Shown: positions 9,637 through 19,650, numbered from the stretch's first letter. The stretch: 64,000 bases of DNA from Candidatus Gottesmanbacteria bacterium (GCA_023245355.1 JAHFKN010000002.1:72460-136459); one strand, 5' to 3'. The notes: generated from the letters alone by a model not told the origin. Numbers and translations are program-made.

Positions 9637-10113
9637 CTACCTGCCTGACACTGCCTTGCCCAGTTTATCTATGAGCGCAAACATCCACCCCCGGCATAGA
9701 TAATACATCCGCATCCGGTCCGCATACCTTTTCCCGTATGCATCCTCAAGTGTTATCACGCTTCCGATGATAGCCGGTCTTGCAATCGGTGCATCGAGCT
9801 TTCGCGCATTGTCACCCATAAGATACCACCTATCCTGCCTTCTGGCGATGAGGCGGTGCATATAGAACAACCCGCTGCTGTAACAGAGCAACAAATCTCC
9901 CGGCTTGGGAACGGTTGTTACCGGTCGCACCACAACAAAATTGCCGGCGCGGGCTGTCGGATACATGCTCCCTGAAATAATTCTGATCCGTGCCGGGCCT
10001 TTCGACCGGATAAACCCGATCATTGCCTTCGCGGCTTTCCCTTTTATCGTTGCTGTTTCCATACGTACAAAGCCGCCCGTCACATTCCGAGAGCTGCCCT
10101 TCCCATGAACCAT
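9637..10113 (-). CDS. S26-family signal peptidase I-like serine peptidase (SipW/TraF-like)
   Basis: It has box B SGSMYPT, KPGDLLL and box E MGDNARKLD. Confidence 0.6.
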   Translation of the reverse strand: MVHGKGSSRNVTGGFVRMETATIKGKAAKAMIGFIRSKGPARIRIISGSMYPTARAGNFVVVRPVTTVPKPGDLLLCYSSGLFYMHRLIARRQDRWYLMGDNARKLDAPIARPAIIGSVITLEDAYGKRYADRMRMYYLCRGWMFALIDKLGKAVSGR

Positions 10114-11222
10114 ATGATTTTGGGCCGGAGGAGCCGCCCATGCGGAACCAAATCACGGAGTAGTGTATCCAAAATGCCGATATCAGTAAATACGCGCTGT
10201 GCCCATTTGTTACGTGCATGATGCCATGCCTCCATCGATACACGCACCACAATAAAATGACGCAGAAAAAAATTCAGGTACGTACGAAAAGCCGGCGACA
10301 GCCCGAACAGCGCACGGACGGAAGAGGGAAGGGAAATCTTATAAAATACTGACCCCGCTTCTGCGATAAAAGAAAACAGTGTATACCACTGATATTCATT
10401 CAATAGGGCATAAAGCCGTCTGCGGTCCGCCGGACTCAGGGCCAGCAGGGAATGTACAATCTGATAGAGCGTATGCATGCCGAATCCCAAATCGTTGTAC
10501 CAAAAGCTTACCGCCAAATAGAACACATAATACGGAGGATCGGATACGCGCTTGCTACTTTCTTCATGTGTATATACGAGCATGTCGTGCGTTAATCGCT
10601 TTATCATGGTCATACGTTCATAAGACATGTCGCCGAAATGGGGATGCGCTACAAGCGTATGAATATCTATCCGGATACCGGAATGCGGGTTAGAAACGGT
10701 GCACTCCTTTGGCGGATATCGTTTCAGTGTATACCCCCGCTTTACATACCGGCGTACCAGCCCGTCACAGGCGCTGCCGGAAACAAGAACGTCAATATCC
10801 GAACTCACGTTTTCCCGGGAAAGAAAACCAGGGTGAAACGGACTGGTTTTATAAAAAACGGCGGTATACCGTCCGCGTCCGATGACTGATACAAGCGTCC
10901 GCAGCTCTTTGAGCTTTTTCCGGCAGTCTGACATCGCCGTAAATTCCGCTCCCATAAGCTGCTTCATAAATGAGTCGGATATATGACGCCGGCAGAATAC
11001 ACAATGAATATAATGAAACACGTTTCCGTATGCTTTGTTATAACTTGCAAGCCACAACAGCTCATGTTCCTGCTGCAGGGAAAGCTGGGGGATGTGCGGG
11101 CAAGCGCGTGATTCCGTGCTTACGATAGTCTCCCTCAGAACTGAGACGGTATCATTTCCGTCAATTGTATATGACTGTTTCATGGAATGTGATCCGCCGG
11201 AGTATAATCGATTACGTTTCAA
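10080..11222 (-). CDS. nucleotidyltransferase-fold protein (PF14907-like)
   Basis: It contains G[FS]...(x12)...SDIDVLV, a minimal NTase signature. This family co-occurs with HprK, PqqD and sulfotransferase genes in RiPP loci. Confidence 0.45.
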   Translation of the reverse strand: MKRNRLYSGGSHSMKQSYTIDGNDTVSVLRETIVSTESRACPHIPQLSLQQEHELLWLASYNKAYGNVFHYIHCVFCRRHISDSFMKQLMGAEFTAMSDCRKKLKELRTLVSVIGRGRYTAVFYKTSPFHPGFLSRENVSSDIDVLVSGSACDGLVRRYVKRGYTLKRYPPKECTVSNPHSGIRIDIHTLVAHPHFGDMSYERMTMIKRLTHDMLVYTHEESSKRVSDPPYYVFYLAVSFWYNDLGFGMHTLYQIVHSLLALSPADRRRLYALLNEYQWYTLFSFIAEAGSVFYKISLPSSVRALFGLSPAFRTYLNFFLRHFIVVRVSMEAWHHARNKWAQRVFTDIGILDTLLRDLVPHGRLLRPKIIWFMGRAALGM

Positions 11223-11268
11223 TGTTTCACGATACTACAATAAAGTAATTTTTGTGTCTAATAAACAT

Positions 11269-12195
11269 ATGATAAGCGTCATTATTGCTACCAAAAACCG
11301 CCGCACACACCTGTTAGACTGTCTTTCATCGTTATCGGAAAACAGTGTATCAGATTTTGAAGTAATCGTTGCGGATCAGAAGCTGCCGCGTACCCCGCTT
11401 CCTGAATCCGTTTATAACAAACTCAAGCGCGTTACGCATGTTTTTGTCCCGCAGGGCGGAAAATCCGTAGCATTAAACCATGCAATCCGAAACGTTCATG
11501 GAACCATCGTTGCCTTTACCGATGACGATTGTATCGTTCCGAAAAATTGGGTGCAAAACATTCAAACCTATTTCCGTTTACACCCTGATGTTGCCGGTGT
11601 ATTGGGAAGCGCCAAGCCGTACAGAAAATATGCTCATCCCGGTTTATACTGTCCCGCCGTATACATACACCCGCGGCCGTATCTGCTCGTGAAGCCTCCG
11701 TATAAATCCTCAAAAATCGGCTTCGGGAATAACAATGCCGTGCGTCTTAACGCATTACGTCAGACAGAAGGGTTCCGTACGTGGCTCGGACACGGATATA
11801 CGCCGGGTCCTGCGGAAGACGCAGATATGGTTATCCAGCTGCTGCTTTCTGGACAAAAACTGGCGTATGAGCCGTCGATTGTTGTCATGCATAACCGTTG
11901 GCTGACTGCACAGGAATTCAGAAAACAGCATCTGCGCTACACATTCGGAGAATATGCCTGCATGGGATACTACGCCGCGCAAGGCAAACAATTTGCCGGT
12001 TCCGTTTTAAAACGGAAGTATGCTGCAGCGTTTTCCACGTTCATCGTTGCCATCCGCAACATATTATCGAAAGGCATCAACAGGAAAACGACCGGAACCG
12101 CATTCTGGAAAGCGGCCGAACCATGGATAGGAGCGGCCGGGATGATCTATGGGTGGTATCATGCTGTACATATCAATCCGCGCCCTTCCCTATGA
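11269..12195 (+). CDS. glycosyltransferase family 2
   Basis: MISVIIATKNR and FTDDDCIV are present. The 5' extension at 11092 was rejected because it would overlap the divergent gene. Confidence 0.7.
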   Translation: MISVIIATKNRRTHLLDCLSSLSENSVSDFEVIVADQKLPRTPLPESVYNKLKRVTHVFVPQGGKSVALNHAIRNVHGTIVAFTDDDCIVPKNWVQNIQTYFRLHPDVAGVLGSAKPYRKYAHPGLYCPAVYIHPRPYLLVKPPYKSSKIGFGNNNAVRLNALRQTEGFRTWLGHGYTPGPAEDADMVIQLLLSGQKLAYEPSIVVMHNRWLTAQEFRKQHLRYTFGEYACMGYYAAQGKQFAGSVLKRKYAAAFSTFIVAIRNILSKGINRKTTGTAFWKAAEPWIGAAGMIYGWYHAVHINPRPSL

Positions 12196-13115
12196 ACGTA
12201 AGCGTCATTATTTCGACAAAAAACAGACCGGATCAGCTGATTTGCTGCCTCCGCTCGCTCATACGAAACTCGTTGGCTCCGAAAGAAATTATCGTGATCG
12301 ATCAGAGTGACACCTCTGTTCCGTTACAGTCTTTCGTCCAAAAAGCCGGGCGTCAACATGTCCGCATCAGACACATCCGGTCTTCCGGAGGAAACTTAAG
12401 CCGCGCGAGAAACGAGGGGGTCCGCCTGGCGGCAGGGGACATCTGCGCCTTTACGGATGACGACTGTATCGTATCCGACAGCTGGATTTATGAAATTGCG
12501 GATTCATTCCGCCGTTATCCCTCTGTTTCGGGCGTCTTCGGTTCAACAAAACCGTATCAGCCGTCGCGCCGCAGAAATATGATCTCTCCCTGCATAATCG
12601 ATCATAAAACGCCCCGCGTAATTACTAAACCCACACAACACTGGGACATGCTGGGGTTCGGAAACAATATGGCGTTTCAAAAAAAAGTATGTACTGATAA
12701 TCAATTCCGGACATGGCTCGGCGCCGGTTCCGTTTCCAAAAGTGCGGAGGATGCCGAATTTGCGCTGCGTTTACTCATTCAGGGAAAAACGCTGCTGACA
12801 AGCCCGAAGCCGGTCGTATATCACGATAAATGGCTGACGAAAAAAGAGGCAGCGGAAGCGGACCTCTTTTACACCAGAGGTGAGGCTGCGTGCTACGGAT
12901 ATTATTCCTTTTTGGGATTCGCGTTTGCTGATCATGTTATCAGATCAGATATAGCCCGTTTCGGTATGCAGATCAGGCGGAAAGTTGCCGGCGCTGACAC
13001 AGCGGTCTCACTGATATATGAGGCGCGGCTGTTTAAAGAAACGGTGACCGGCGCCTGTATCGGATTTCTCAAATCCCGTACGCAGCCCCTGAACATGCCG
13101 CGCATTGTGTCATAA
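12192..13115 (+). CDS. glycosyltransferase family 2 (tandem paralog)
   Basis: MNVSVIISTKNR is present. There is an ATGA overlap with the upstream GT2, and the two share about 40% similarity (FTDDDCIV, FRTWLGxG, AEDA). Confidence 0.7.
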   Translation: MNVSVIISTKNRPDQLICCLRSLIRNSLAPKEIIVIDQSDTSVPLQSFVQKAGRQHVRIRHIRSSGGNLSRARNEGVRLAAGDICAFTDDDCIVSDSWIYEIADSFRRYPSVSGVFGSTKPYQPSRRRNMISPCIIDHKTPRVITKPTQHWDMLGFGNNMAFQKKVCTDNQFRTWLGAGSVSKSAEDAEFALRLLIQGKTLLTSPKPVVYHDKWLTKKEAAEADLFYTRGEAACYGYYSFLGFAFADHVIRSDIARFGMQIRRKVAGADTAVSLIYEARLFKETVTGACIGFLKSRTQPLNMPRIVS

Positions 13116-14258
13116 AACGGATATCCGCCTTAAAATCTCACGCACTTTTATCTCCCAGCTTTGACGGAATGCCTCACGGCCCTGCATGGTTTGCTTCGAA
13201 TAATTCCACCCGTTCCGCTTCAGGGTACGTATAGACATGACCGCCTGACGCGGGGTACTGACGATATATAGTAACCCGTTTTTCCGGTACGGCTTCAGCG
13301 CCTCTATCTCAGTTGAGATAACCGGCTTTCCTGCAGCAAAATATTCGAGTGTTTTCATCGGAAATGAAAACCGGTTAAACAATAAACTGCTCCGATAGGG
13401 AATGATCCCGACATCTATGCGCTTAAGCACTGAAGGGATCCGGCTCTTCGGAACTGCCGGTGTCCACATTACGTTGGCATAACGGCACAATGATTGCAGC
13501 TGATCCGCTGCAGTATCTGTCTTCCCGAATACATTCCGTTCCAGCGGCCCGATGAACATAAACTGCACGTACGGTAATTGTTTGACAATCTGATCAAGCA
13601 GCGGAAAATCAATTCTGTCGCTGATGCTGCCGACGTAGCCGACCGTAAACGGTTGCGTATTTACACCACGCGGTACTGCGCGGGAAGCTGAAAATAATTC
13701 AGGGGTAAACCCAAGCGGTACGGGCTGCGTATCGCGCCGCTGTTTCCTAAGTTGAGCAGCAAGCGGCACGGAGTTGGCAAAAATCAAATCTGCCTTTCCC
13801 ATGCAAACGTCATGTTCTTTTTTTGCCGCAGGGGAAAAACCCGGATAATAATCAACACAATCGTACAGCTTTGTATACCCCCGCAAAATCCCAAGCAGGG
13901 GGGGAATATGAAACGGTTCAAAAAACCAAACAACCTTTCTGGTATTCCGATACTGTAATGCAAGATATATGTGCACCAGCATCACAACAGATACATACGT
14001 CAGCATCCGAATAGACCGGAAGCGCACTCCCGGCAATAAACTTACCGGACGAAACACAAGGGCTCCGCCGATCGTGCGTACTATCCAACGGTCTTTACTC
14101 AGAAGGAATCGCGGGAAAAAAATTATATCTCCCAAGCTGATGCCGTGCACCGGATGCGCACCGGACACGATCCGCATCGTTTGTAATACATAATCACATC
14201 CGCTTGCCAGCGGAGAATTAAAAAGAAATAAAACGGGTTCCTGATTCATCATCGGCAT
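13110..14258 (-). CDS. glycosyltransferase family 1 (GT4)
   Basis: The C-terminus has GYVGSISDRIDF and LEYFAAGKPVIST. The N-terminal 89 codons of the tracked ORF were judged spurious. Confidence 0.6.
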   Translation of the reverse strand: MPMMNQEPVLFLFNSPLASGCDYVLQTMRIVSGAHPVHGISLGDIIFFPRFLLSKDRWIVRTIGGALVFRPVSLLPGVRFRSIRMLTYVSVVMLVHIYLALQYRNTRKVVWFFEPFHIPPLLGILRGYTKLYDCVDYYPGFSPAAKKEHDVCMGKADLIFANSVPLAAQLRKQRRDTQPVPLGFTPELFSASRAVPRGVNTQPFTVGYVGSISDRIDFPLLDQIVKQLPYVQFMFIGPLERNVFGKTDTAADQLQSLCRYANVMWTPAVPKSRIPSVLKRIDVGIIPYRSSLLFNRFSFPMKTLEYFAAGKPVISTEIEALKPYRKNGLLYIVSTPRQAVMSIRTLKRNGWNYSKQTMQGREAFRQSWEIKVREILRRISVL

Positions 14259-14307
14259 TATATCAAGCGCGTGAAAATAGCGCCCCACTCTGTTACAATC
14301 TCCGCGC

Positions 14308-15300
14308 ATGAAAAAAAAATTACTGCGCGTTGTGATTGTCGGTGCGGGCTCATTCGGCACCAAAAGACTCGCAGCATGTTTGGATCTACCGCAACATTTT
14401 AAAGTGATTGCGGTTATTGACCCTTCTTCGGAACAACGCGCCCGTGTTACCGCTACGTTCCATGTTCCTGCGGTACCGGATTTCCAGTCCCTCAAAGAAC
14501 AGGCGGATTTAGCTATTGTTGCCACCCCGAACCTCTACCATGCCCGCATGAGTGTAGAAGCAATGCGGCGCAACATGCATGTATTATGCGAGAAACCTCT
14601 TGCGACAAGCGTCTCCGATGCGAAAAAAATTGTTGCTGCGTCCAAAAAATATAGGCGGATCGTAAAGACAGGGTCCAATCACAGATTTTTTCACACGGTA
14701 CAGAAAGCCAAAGAACTTTTCAATCAGGGTGCAATCGGAAAACTCCTGCTGTTTAAAGGGAGCATCGGCATAAACGGCTCAAAAGTTTCGCGCAAATGGC
14801 TTCTGGATCCCCAAATGTCGGGAGGCGGCACATTTATCGACAACGGCTGTCATCTGCTGGACATTGCCCGCATGCTCATGGGAAATTTTGCCCGCTGTAC
14901 GGCGGTAATGACCAATAATTTATGGAAAGAGGCAAAAGTAGAAGATATCGGATCTGCAATCTATACGACCAGAGATCACCGGCAGGCAATTATTACCGCC
15001 AGCTGGCTGCAATGGGCCGGATACTTACATATCGAACTCTGGGGAGAAAAGGGATATATCATCATCGACTCAACGACGCACGACACGGTAACCATCGGCG
15101 GTAAAGACGGAATATTCACGACGTACGATTATTCCAATGAGCGGAAGGACTCATACCACAGGGAGCTTTTATATCTTGCCGAATGCATACAAAAAAATAA
15201 ACAGCCGAGTCCTGATGCTGCTGACGGTGCTGCCGTCATATCTATGGTGGAGGCCGCATACACGGCGTCCCGTAAACATATATGGGTGCCCGTAACATAA
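14308..15300 (+). CDS. Gfo/Idh/MocA family NAD-dependent sugar dehydrogenase
   Basis: It has the Rossmann motif VVIVGAGSFG and the motif EKPLA. Confidence 0.75.
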   Translation: MKKKLLRVVIVGAGSFGTKRLAACLDLPQHFKVIAVIDPSSEQRARVTATFHVPAVPDFQSLKEQADLAIVATPNLYHARMSVEAMRRNMHVLCEKPLATSVSDAKKIVAASKKYRRIVKTGSNHRFFHTVQKAKELFNQGAIGKLLLFKGSIGINGSKVSRKWLLDPQMSGGGTFIDNGCHLLDIARMLMGNFARCTAVMTNNLWKEAKVEDIGSAIYTTRDHRQAIITASWLQWAGYLHIELWGEKGYIIIDSTTHDTVTIGGKDGIFTTYDYSNERKDSYHRELLYLAECIQKNKQPSPDAADGAAVISMVEAAYTASRKHIWVPVT

Positions 15301-16394
15301 TTCCGGTTAACCGCCCGTCAGTACCTGCGCATGCAAAAAAATATCTCGATGAATGCGTCCGTTCTGGATGGTTTTCTTCTGAAGGTCCGTTCGTAAAACG
15401 GTTTGAGAATGAATTTGCGCGTTACCTCGGAGTGAAACATGCAGGTGCAACCAGCTCGGGAACTGCCGCGCTTCACCTGGCGCTACTTGCGCTCGGCGTA
15501 GGTCCGGGCGATGAGGTTATTCTTCCTGCAATGACAATCGCGTCGTGTTATTTTGCCATATGGTATACCGGAGCCAAAGCGGTGCCTGTTGACGTAGACC
15601 CGGAAACCTATTGCATAGATCCGGATGTAATCGACCGCGCCGTTACAAAACGCACGAAAGTTATCATGGTCGTTCATCTGTTCGGACACCCATGCGATAT
15701 GGACCCGATCATGATGCTTGCCAAAAAATATAAGCTCAAAGTCCTTGAGGATGCGGCAGAGGCACACGGAGCCGAGTACAAAGGCCGCAAGGTCGGATCA
15801 ATAGGGGATATTGCTATATTCAGCTTTTACGCGAACAAAATCGTGACAACCGGTGAAGGCGGCATGGTGGTATCCAATACCAAAACATATATTGAACGGG
15901 TCAACAAAATAAAAGCCCTCAATCATTCTAAAACCCGGTTCATCCACGACGGAATCGGGTATACGTATCTTATGAGCAACATGCAGGCGGCCGTCGGCCT
16001 TTCCAGTCTGGAGGAAATTGAACGGTCAATCGCAAGAAAACGTACTATGGCAACACTCTATCGCAACCAGCTTTCCGGCATATCCGGCCTTATCCTGCCG
16101 GTAGAAAAATCATGGGCGACAAATGTGTACTGGATGTACGCGGTGCGCATGGATCCGAAGGCTCATCTATCACGCAAAAAGCTCATTGATCTGCTCATGA
16201 CAAAATATGGCGTCCAAACAAGAACCTTTTTTTATTCTCCGCGTACCGCATTCAGAAAACTACAATTATTTAAAACGGATAGATTCCCTGTGGCAGAGGC
16301 GCTGGAACGGAGAGGGTTCTATTTACCGTCCGGACTTGGGAATACAAACATGGAATTTATCCGTACCTCGCATGCTCTTCAAAAATTACTTTAA
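15282..16394 (+). CDS. DegT/DnrJ/EryC1/StrS family PLP-dependent sugar aminotransferase
   Basis: FSFYANKIVTTGEGGMVVSN holds the PLP-lysine region, and the overall fold is DegT-like. Confidence 0.8.
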   Translation: MGARNIIPVNRPSVPAHAKKYLDECVRSGWFSSEGPFVKRFENEFARYLGVKHAGATSSGTAALHLALLALGVGPGDEVILPAMTIASCYFAIWYTGAKAVPVDVDPETYCIDPDVIDRAVTKRTKVIMVVHLFGHPCDMDPIMMLAKKYKLKVLEDAAEAHGAEYKGRKVGSIGDIAIFSFYANKIVTTGEGGMVVSNTKTYIERVNKIKALNHSKTRFIHDGIGYTYLMSNMQAAVGLSSLEEIERSIARKRTMATLYRNQLSGISGLILPVEKSWATNVYWMYAVRMDPKAHLSRKKLIDLLMTKYGVQTRTFFYSPRTAFRKLQLFKTDRFPVAEALERRGFYLPSGLGNTNMEFIRTSHALQKLL

Positions 16395-17682
16395 ATTACC
16401 GCGGTTTATAGCAGGTGCTCTTCTGACCGGCACGGTCCTGTTGGGAGCGCGGTTTTTTTGGTTCACCCGTTCGTTTGCCGGAACACTTCCTTACATGGAT
16501 CAGCTTGAATTGTACTGGCCGTTCATACACAACCCTTCACCTTTGTCATTATTCCTTTATCAATATGGACCGCATAGACAGGGTATGGGGTACATTCTTA
16601 CATACGCGGTTGCCGCCGTCAGTCAATGGAATATTCCTACAGAAATTACCCTGAACGCACTCGTTCAAATTGGTACATGCATCGCTCTTCTTGCGCTCAA
16701 ACGGGCGGTGTTTCACCGCTGGCATATTACGGATATATTTATACCTCTCGTTGTATTTTCATACAGATACACGGAGTCTTTTACTATTGTTCCCAATATT
16801 TCTCTGGCGGTTTTTCCGATATTCCTGACTTTCCTGGGAATATACGTTTGGTTTATCCTTACGACTCCCTGGAAATATGCGCTGACTGCAGCAATTGCGG
16901 TCATCGTATTATTCAGCGGCTTCGGCATGCTCACGTTACCCCTATTTGCGTTACTTATCTGTGTACCGCTGTTTAGATTTCCGAATTCCGATATCAAGTA
17001 TGCGCATATCATAACGCCTCTGCTTATTCTTATTTCGGGAACGTCGGCATTTTTTTATAACTATCAATTTGATCCAGCGGTGTCGTGTCAGGTAAACCCT
17101 CTAATTGACTGGCCGGTATATTCTTCATTTATCGGTACCGAGGTGACCAGCTATTTTATACGGCCGAATTCTCTTCTTCCCCTGCATGGAGAATATTTAG
17201 GATTAACCGTATGGATATCGCTTGGAATACTGCTTGGACTCTCAGTCAATAGCTATTGGCAAAATAATCACCGCTCCTATCATGGCATTCATATCGTGTT
17301 ACTCGGAATACCGGTGTTATTCGCGGCAGCAAGCGCATTTGCACGAACATGCCTGGGCGTCGAGGCCGCGCGTGCGGGAAGATACGCGATTTTTTTCATT
17401 CCCGGATTAATATCCCTCTATTTTTTGCTTCTACGTTTTAAGGGGATGCTAGCACGGGGGACGCTTATCGCGTTCGTGAGTTTGTTTATGCTAAACGAGG
17501 TGGTTGTCTCCCGGGGATACACCGAGGTTGCAAAAAATCATTACCAATCTATGGAGCGTTGGCATACGTGCTACACGCAGCATTCCTCCATACCATACTG
17601 CAACGACGTTACTCAATTCTCTCTTATACCGGCCAGAATGAATACGATGGCCGGGGAAATATTGCGTCATATAGTACGATAA
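16372..17682 (+). CDS. polytopic membrane protein (possible glycan polymerase/flippase-like)
   Basis: It has 10-12 predicted TM helices. The start was trimmed to the ATG at 16372. Confidence 0.4.
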   Translation: MLFKNYFKLPRFIAGALLTGTVLLGARFFWFTRSFAGTLPYMDQLELYWPFIHNPSPLSLFLYQYGPHRQGMGYILTYAVAAVSQWNIPTEITLNALVQIGTCIALLALKRAVFHRWHITDIFIPLVVFSYRYTESFTIVPNISLAVFPIFLTFLGIYVWFILTTPWKYALTAAIAVIVLFSGFGMLTLPLFALLICVPLFRFPNSDIKYAHIITPLLILISGTSAFFYNYQFDPAVSCQVNPLIDWPVYSSFIGTEVTSYFIRPNSLLPLHGEYLGLTVWISLGILLGLSVNSYWQNNHRSYHGIHIVLLGIPVLFAAASAFARTCLGVEAARAGRYAIFFIPGLISLYFLLLRFKGMLARGTLIAFVSLFMLNEVVVSRGYTEVAKNHYQSMERWHTCYTQHSSIPYCNDVTQFSLIPARMNTMAGEILRHIVR

Positions 17683-17712
17683 ATGGACCATCTGTCGGCA
17701 GCAATTCTATAT

Positions 17713-18489
17713 TCATGACTTCGCCGCAAGAACCTCTTTAGCGGCAAGATATAAAAAATATATATTTTGGACTGTATATCTATACCAAAGACGCCGGGGC
17801 TCCTGAAGCAACCGGAACAACCACTCAAACCCTGAGCGTTGTACCCATCGGGGGGCCTGGCGCCGGGTTCCGGCAACAAAATCAAACGCCGCGCCTACCC
17901 CAATATAGACATTGGCATGTGCCATATGTATATGGGCATGCATCCACATCTCCTGCTTCGGCGTGCTTAACCCCACAAATACGACGTGCGGCTTCGCAGT
18001 CCTGATACGTTCCGTAATATGCTTGTCTTCTTCAGGAGTCAATTGACGGAACGGGGGAGCGTACGCTCCGCAAATAATAAGGCGGGGAAACCGAAGGTGC
18101 AAATGCATCGTTAGCGCCGTTAATGTTTCCTGCGTCGTTCCGTATAGATAGATTCTCCATCTTTTTTTCTGAGCTTCATCGCATGACGCGATAAACAAAT
18201 CCGGACCATAAATCCGCTGCGTTTTCGGAAACCCAAGCCACCTGCTTATCCACACAAGCGGCATGCCATCAGGAACGACGAGTGCCGCTTCCGCATGTGC
18301 ACGGAACACCAAAGGATTACGGCGCGATTCCACTACGCCGTGCGCTCCGGTAACGCAGATATACGCGTGTTCTTTTCGTGATATCCACCCCGCTATTTGC
18401 TGTACAACCCCGGAAATAGATCCCGAAAAAAATTTAAGCCCGAACATGTTACATACGTTCATACCATGCATAATGATACTATGACGCAC
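17713..18489 (-). CDS. WecB/TagA/CpsF family glycosyltransferase (GT26)
   Basis: The C-terminus has LSTPKQEMWM and GVGAAFDFVAG, the GT26 signature. Confidence 0.7.
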   Translation of the reverse strand: MRHSIIMHGMNVCNMFGLKFFSGSISGVVQQIAGWISRKEHAYICVTGAHGVVESRRNPLVFRAHAEAALVVPDGMPLVWISRWLGFPKTQRIYGPDLFIASCDEAQKKRWRIYLYGTTQETLTALTMHLHLRFPRLIICGAYAPPFRQLTPEEDKHITERIRTAKPHVVFVGLSTPKQEMWMHAHIHMAHANVYIGVGAAFDFVAGTRRQAPRWVQRSGFEWLFRLLQEPRRLWYRYTVQNIYFLYLAAKEVLAAKS

Positions 18490-18556
18490 TTTTGACTGCT
18501 AAAGTCATTTCTCAAATCAAATTTCGGGTTGTCTGCTTCCGCTACGTACAGTCAGA

Positions 18557-19558
18557 TTAGTTCCCGCATTGCATCATCTTTAAATCCGAAAGATATCGAA
18601 ACGTGTATTCCGCAATCAGCTCATGACCTTTTGCATTCGGGTGTCCGTCAGGCAACCCTCCCTCTGACTCATAAATATTCGGCAAGCCGCCGTATATCCA
18701 TGTATTTTCACGGTTGCTGGTCCAGTATTTCAGCTTCGCCATGTCCCGGGAGGGGAGATACGAAAATGTCGTAATAAGAACAGGGACTTGTTCGCGTGTT
18801 TCAAAAAAATCCATCCATGACGCATATACCTGTTCAAAAACGGAGTCTTCACTATATTGTTTTTTCATCTGACGCACTGCTTTATCCAGAGCGGGATCTG
18901 TATTAGGCCGGGCGCTAACCATGGCTTTTTCCTCATCGGTTAACTGTTCGGTCGTTTGCGCCACCATGGGATCAAGAACTTCTTTAATCCTGTTAAATCC
19001 TGACCCTGATTCGTGCCATATGATGAGGTCCGGATTATATTTTTTCCCCCTGCTTTTATACCGATACGCAATGTACTGTGCATCATACCCCCGTTCTCCG
19101 AGATTGATTACCTCGTACCGCCGGCCATCCTGACAGGGCGGAGAAGCATTTAGCATATCCTCAAGTCTTTCCGTCCAGTTGTCTTTCGTGTTTACATAGT
19201 GCCCGAAGGTAAATGAATCGCCCAGTGCGATTATCCGGTAGGTATTTTGGGGCTTGTCCACCATGTATTCATATCGCTCATTTAACGTGTCACTGTTAAT
19301 CGTATAGACTGCCGTATAGTCCAGCCATTCCGGTCGTTCTTCCTCTGTTGTATTTGGCTTCGGTTCATAATAGTATTTCAGCGGAGAATCTACCGGGAAT
19401 ATAAGATACTCTCTCCGTAAAGGCGCTATTGTCGTCGCTCCCAAAACATTCAGCCGGAATTTTGCCGTATAAAGAGAGACTACCATCATTACAATGACGC
19501 AAATCTCCGCAAAAATACAGAAAAAAATAAGAGCACCCGGAATCATTGATCTCTTCAT
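18557..19558 (-). CDS. membrane-anchored SGNH/GDSL-like hydrolase
   Basis: There is an N-terminal TM helix followed by IIALGDSFTFGHYV. Confidence 0.5.
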   Translation of the reverse strand: MKRSMIPGALIFFCIFAEICVIVMMVVSLYTAKFRLNVLGATTIAPLRREYLIFPVDSPLKYYYEPKPNTTEEERPEWLDYTAVYTINSDTLNERYEYMVDKPQNTYRIIALGDSFTFGHYVNTKDNWTERLEDMLNASPPCQDGRRYEVINLGERGYDAQYIAYRYKSRGKKYNPDLIIWHESGSGFNRIKEVLDPMVAQTTEQLTDEEKAMVSARPNTDPALDKAVRQMKKQYSEDSVFEQVYASWMDFFETREQVPVLITTFSYLPSRDMAKLKYWTSNRENTWIYGGLPNIYESEGGLPDGHPNAKGHELIAEYTFRYLSDLKMMQCGN

Positions 19559-19650
19559 ACAAAAAACGATCATCGTACAATACCTCATCCATCGTCGTTT
19601 CAGACGTCCACTTGAACACGCAAAAGAAATACTAAAGAATACGTATCTAT

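Noticed and set aside
3417-11222. Canonical lasso peptide biosynthetic cluster
   Set aside because: There is no asparagine-synthetase-like cyclase (C) and no transglutaminase-like protease (B2), and the candidate peptide lacks an Asp/Glu at positions 7-9. I keep it as a novel RRE/kinase system instead.
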